Shown here: in pieces, positions 63,113-64,000 of the stretch
How positions within the stretch are numbered: the first letter of the stretch is position 1
Layout: each line of letters opens with the position of its first letter
DNA from: Negaprion brevirostris
Lineage: Eukaryota
Length of the DNA: 64,000 nucleotides
Assembly (NCBI GenBank): GCA_030324005.1
Contig: JARDVH010000193.1
Coordinates: 36,418,969-36,482,968, forward strand
Direction: 5' to 3'
Position numbers and translations under genes: made by a program
Notes under the pieces: generated by a model
The model's input: only the letters and a program-made list of their open reading frames with translations
What the model was told of the DNA's origin: nothing
The model's database searches: none

Positions 63113-64000
63113 CTTCAAGTTGCCTTTGGTGGTAAAAGCTCTTCCACATATTGTACAGGCAAATGGTTTTTCACCAGTATGTGTTCTCTCATGTATCTGC
63201 AGAGCGCTGGATGAGGAGAATGTTTTCCCACATGCTGTGCAGTAATGCTGTTTCGGTGTTCTTCTTTGCGGTGCTGGCAGGACAGGCGAGATAGCAGATG
63301 CAGACAGAGGCCCTGATGAAATAAGGCTAGCAGGTGGATCTTTACAGTCCTGGGAACACCCATGCATGAAACCATTGACCTCAGTTTTGATTAGGGATGT
63401 CAAACTGTTAGCAGCCACATTTGAAGAGCTCTGATTAGGACCGATATTAGAATTGTTGGGTTCAAACAGCTGAGATGGAAGGTCCCGCATCTGATGTGTC
63501 AACATGTGCTGCTTCAAATTACCCTTAGTGGAAAAGCCACGATTGCATACTGTGCAAATATATGGACGCTCTTTGGTATGGCTTCTGTAATGAATGTCCA
63601 AGGCACTCTGACAAGCAAATGCTTTGCCACAGATATCACAAGATGTATTCCTCAACTTACCCCGATCTCGACTGGGAAACAGCATGCTTAAAGCATCATC
63701 TTTAATTATTCGTTCTGCATTACTAGAAGTCAGATCTAAGGCACCACCATTGGTGGTTGCTGGAGATACTGAATTAGATAAATCTGGTAGTAAAGTTCTG
63801 TGCTGTCTCTCTTCACAGCCCGGTGACTTTGACCTACGACTATCTGTGTTGCTGTTGGCAGGGGATGGAGCCTGCATGGAAGAGGTAGATTCTGAAATGG
63901 CAGGACTTCCAGCACTCTGGCTCTCCATATCCCCTATCATTGAAAAAGAGTCACTAGTCATTTGGTCTCCATCTGCTGATCCGTTCTCACCTGACCTGAG
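63113..64000 (-). CDS. sall1: Sal-like protein 1, 3' part of the large coding exon (continues beyond the window); C2H2 double zinc-finger clusters
   Basis: Open frame from 64000 ([18 protein letters not shown]...) contains [89 protein letters not shown] and [43 protein letters not shown] (SAL box). It ends at a phase-0 donor AAG|GTATTT (GT at 63112-63111). Confidence 0.97.

Noticed and set aside
60928-64000. Assignment to sall3 or sall4
   Set aside because: Diagnostic residues ([43 protein letters not shown]) match SALL1.

Overview
This is vertebrate genomic DNA, most likely a shark (cartilaginous fish). That call is an inference from HE1-type tRNA-SINEs, HER1/CR1-like LINE tails, a Deu-domain SINE and Penelope-type terminal repeats. 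The only supportable protein-coding gene is the 3' part of sall1 (spalt-like 1) on the minus strand: the end of the large exon (63113 to beyond 64000), a 1744-bp GT-AG intron splitting the last zinc finger, the last coding exon (61368-60928) and a long 3'UTR. The remaining ~54 kb is downstream gene desert, made of decayed LINEs (CR1, L2, Rex1/Babar), SINEs, a Gypsy pol remnant and many palindromic TIR elements, interleaved with repeat-free blocks that look like enhancers. Five observations stand out: (i) minimal hammerhead-ribozyme cores in Penelope-type repeats, plus a ~90-bp TSD-flanked insertion whose 5' end falls at the predicted self-cleavage site; (ii) two fold-back inverted duplications of local sequence; (iii) an AT-rich but CpG-retaining, transposon-free domain next to sall1; (iv) a TIR element family whose two copies both carry a perfect PBX-MEIS decamer; (v) a tandem triplication with nested insertions. 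There is no prokaryotic system or CRISPR array. Repeat-family names come from recognition by eye, not from a database search, and repeat boundaries are approximate.
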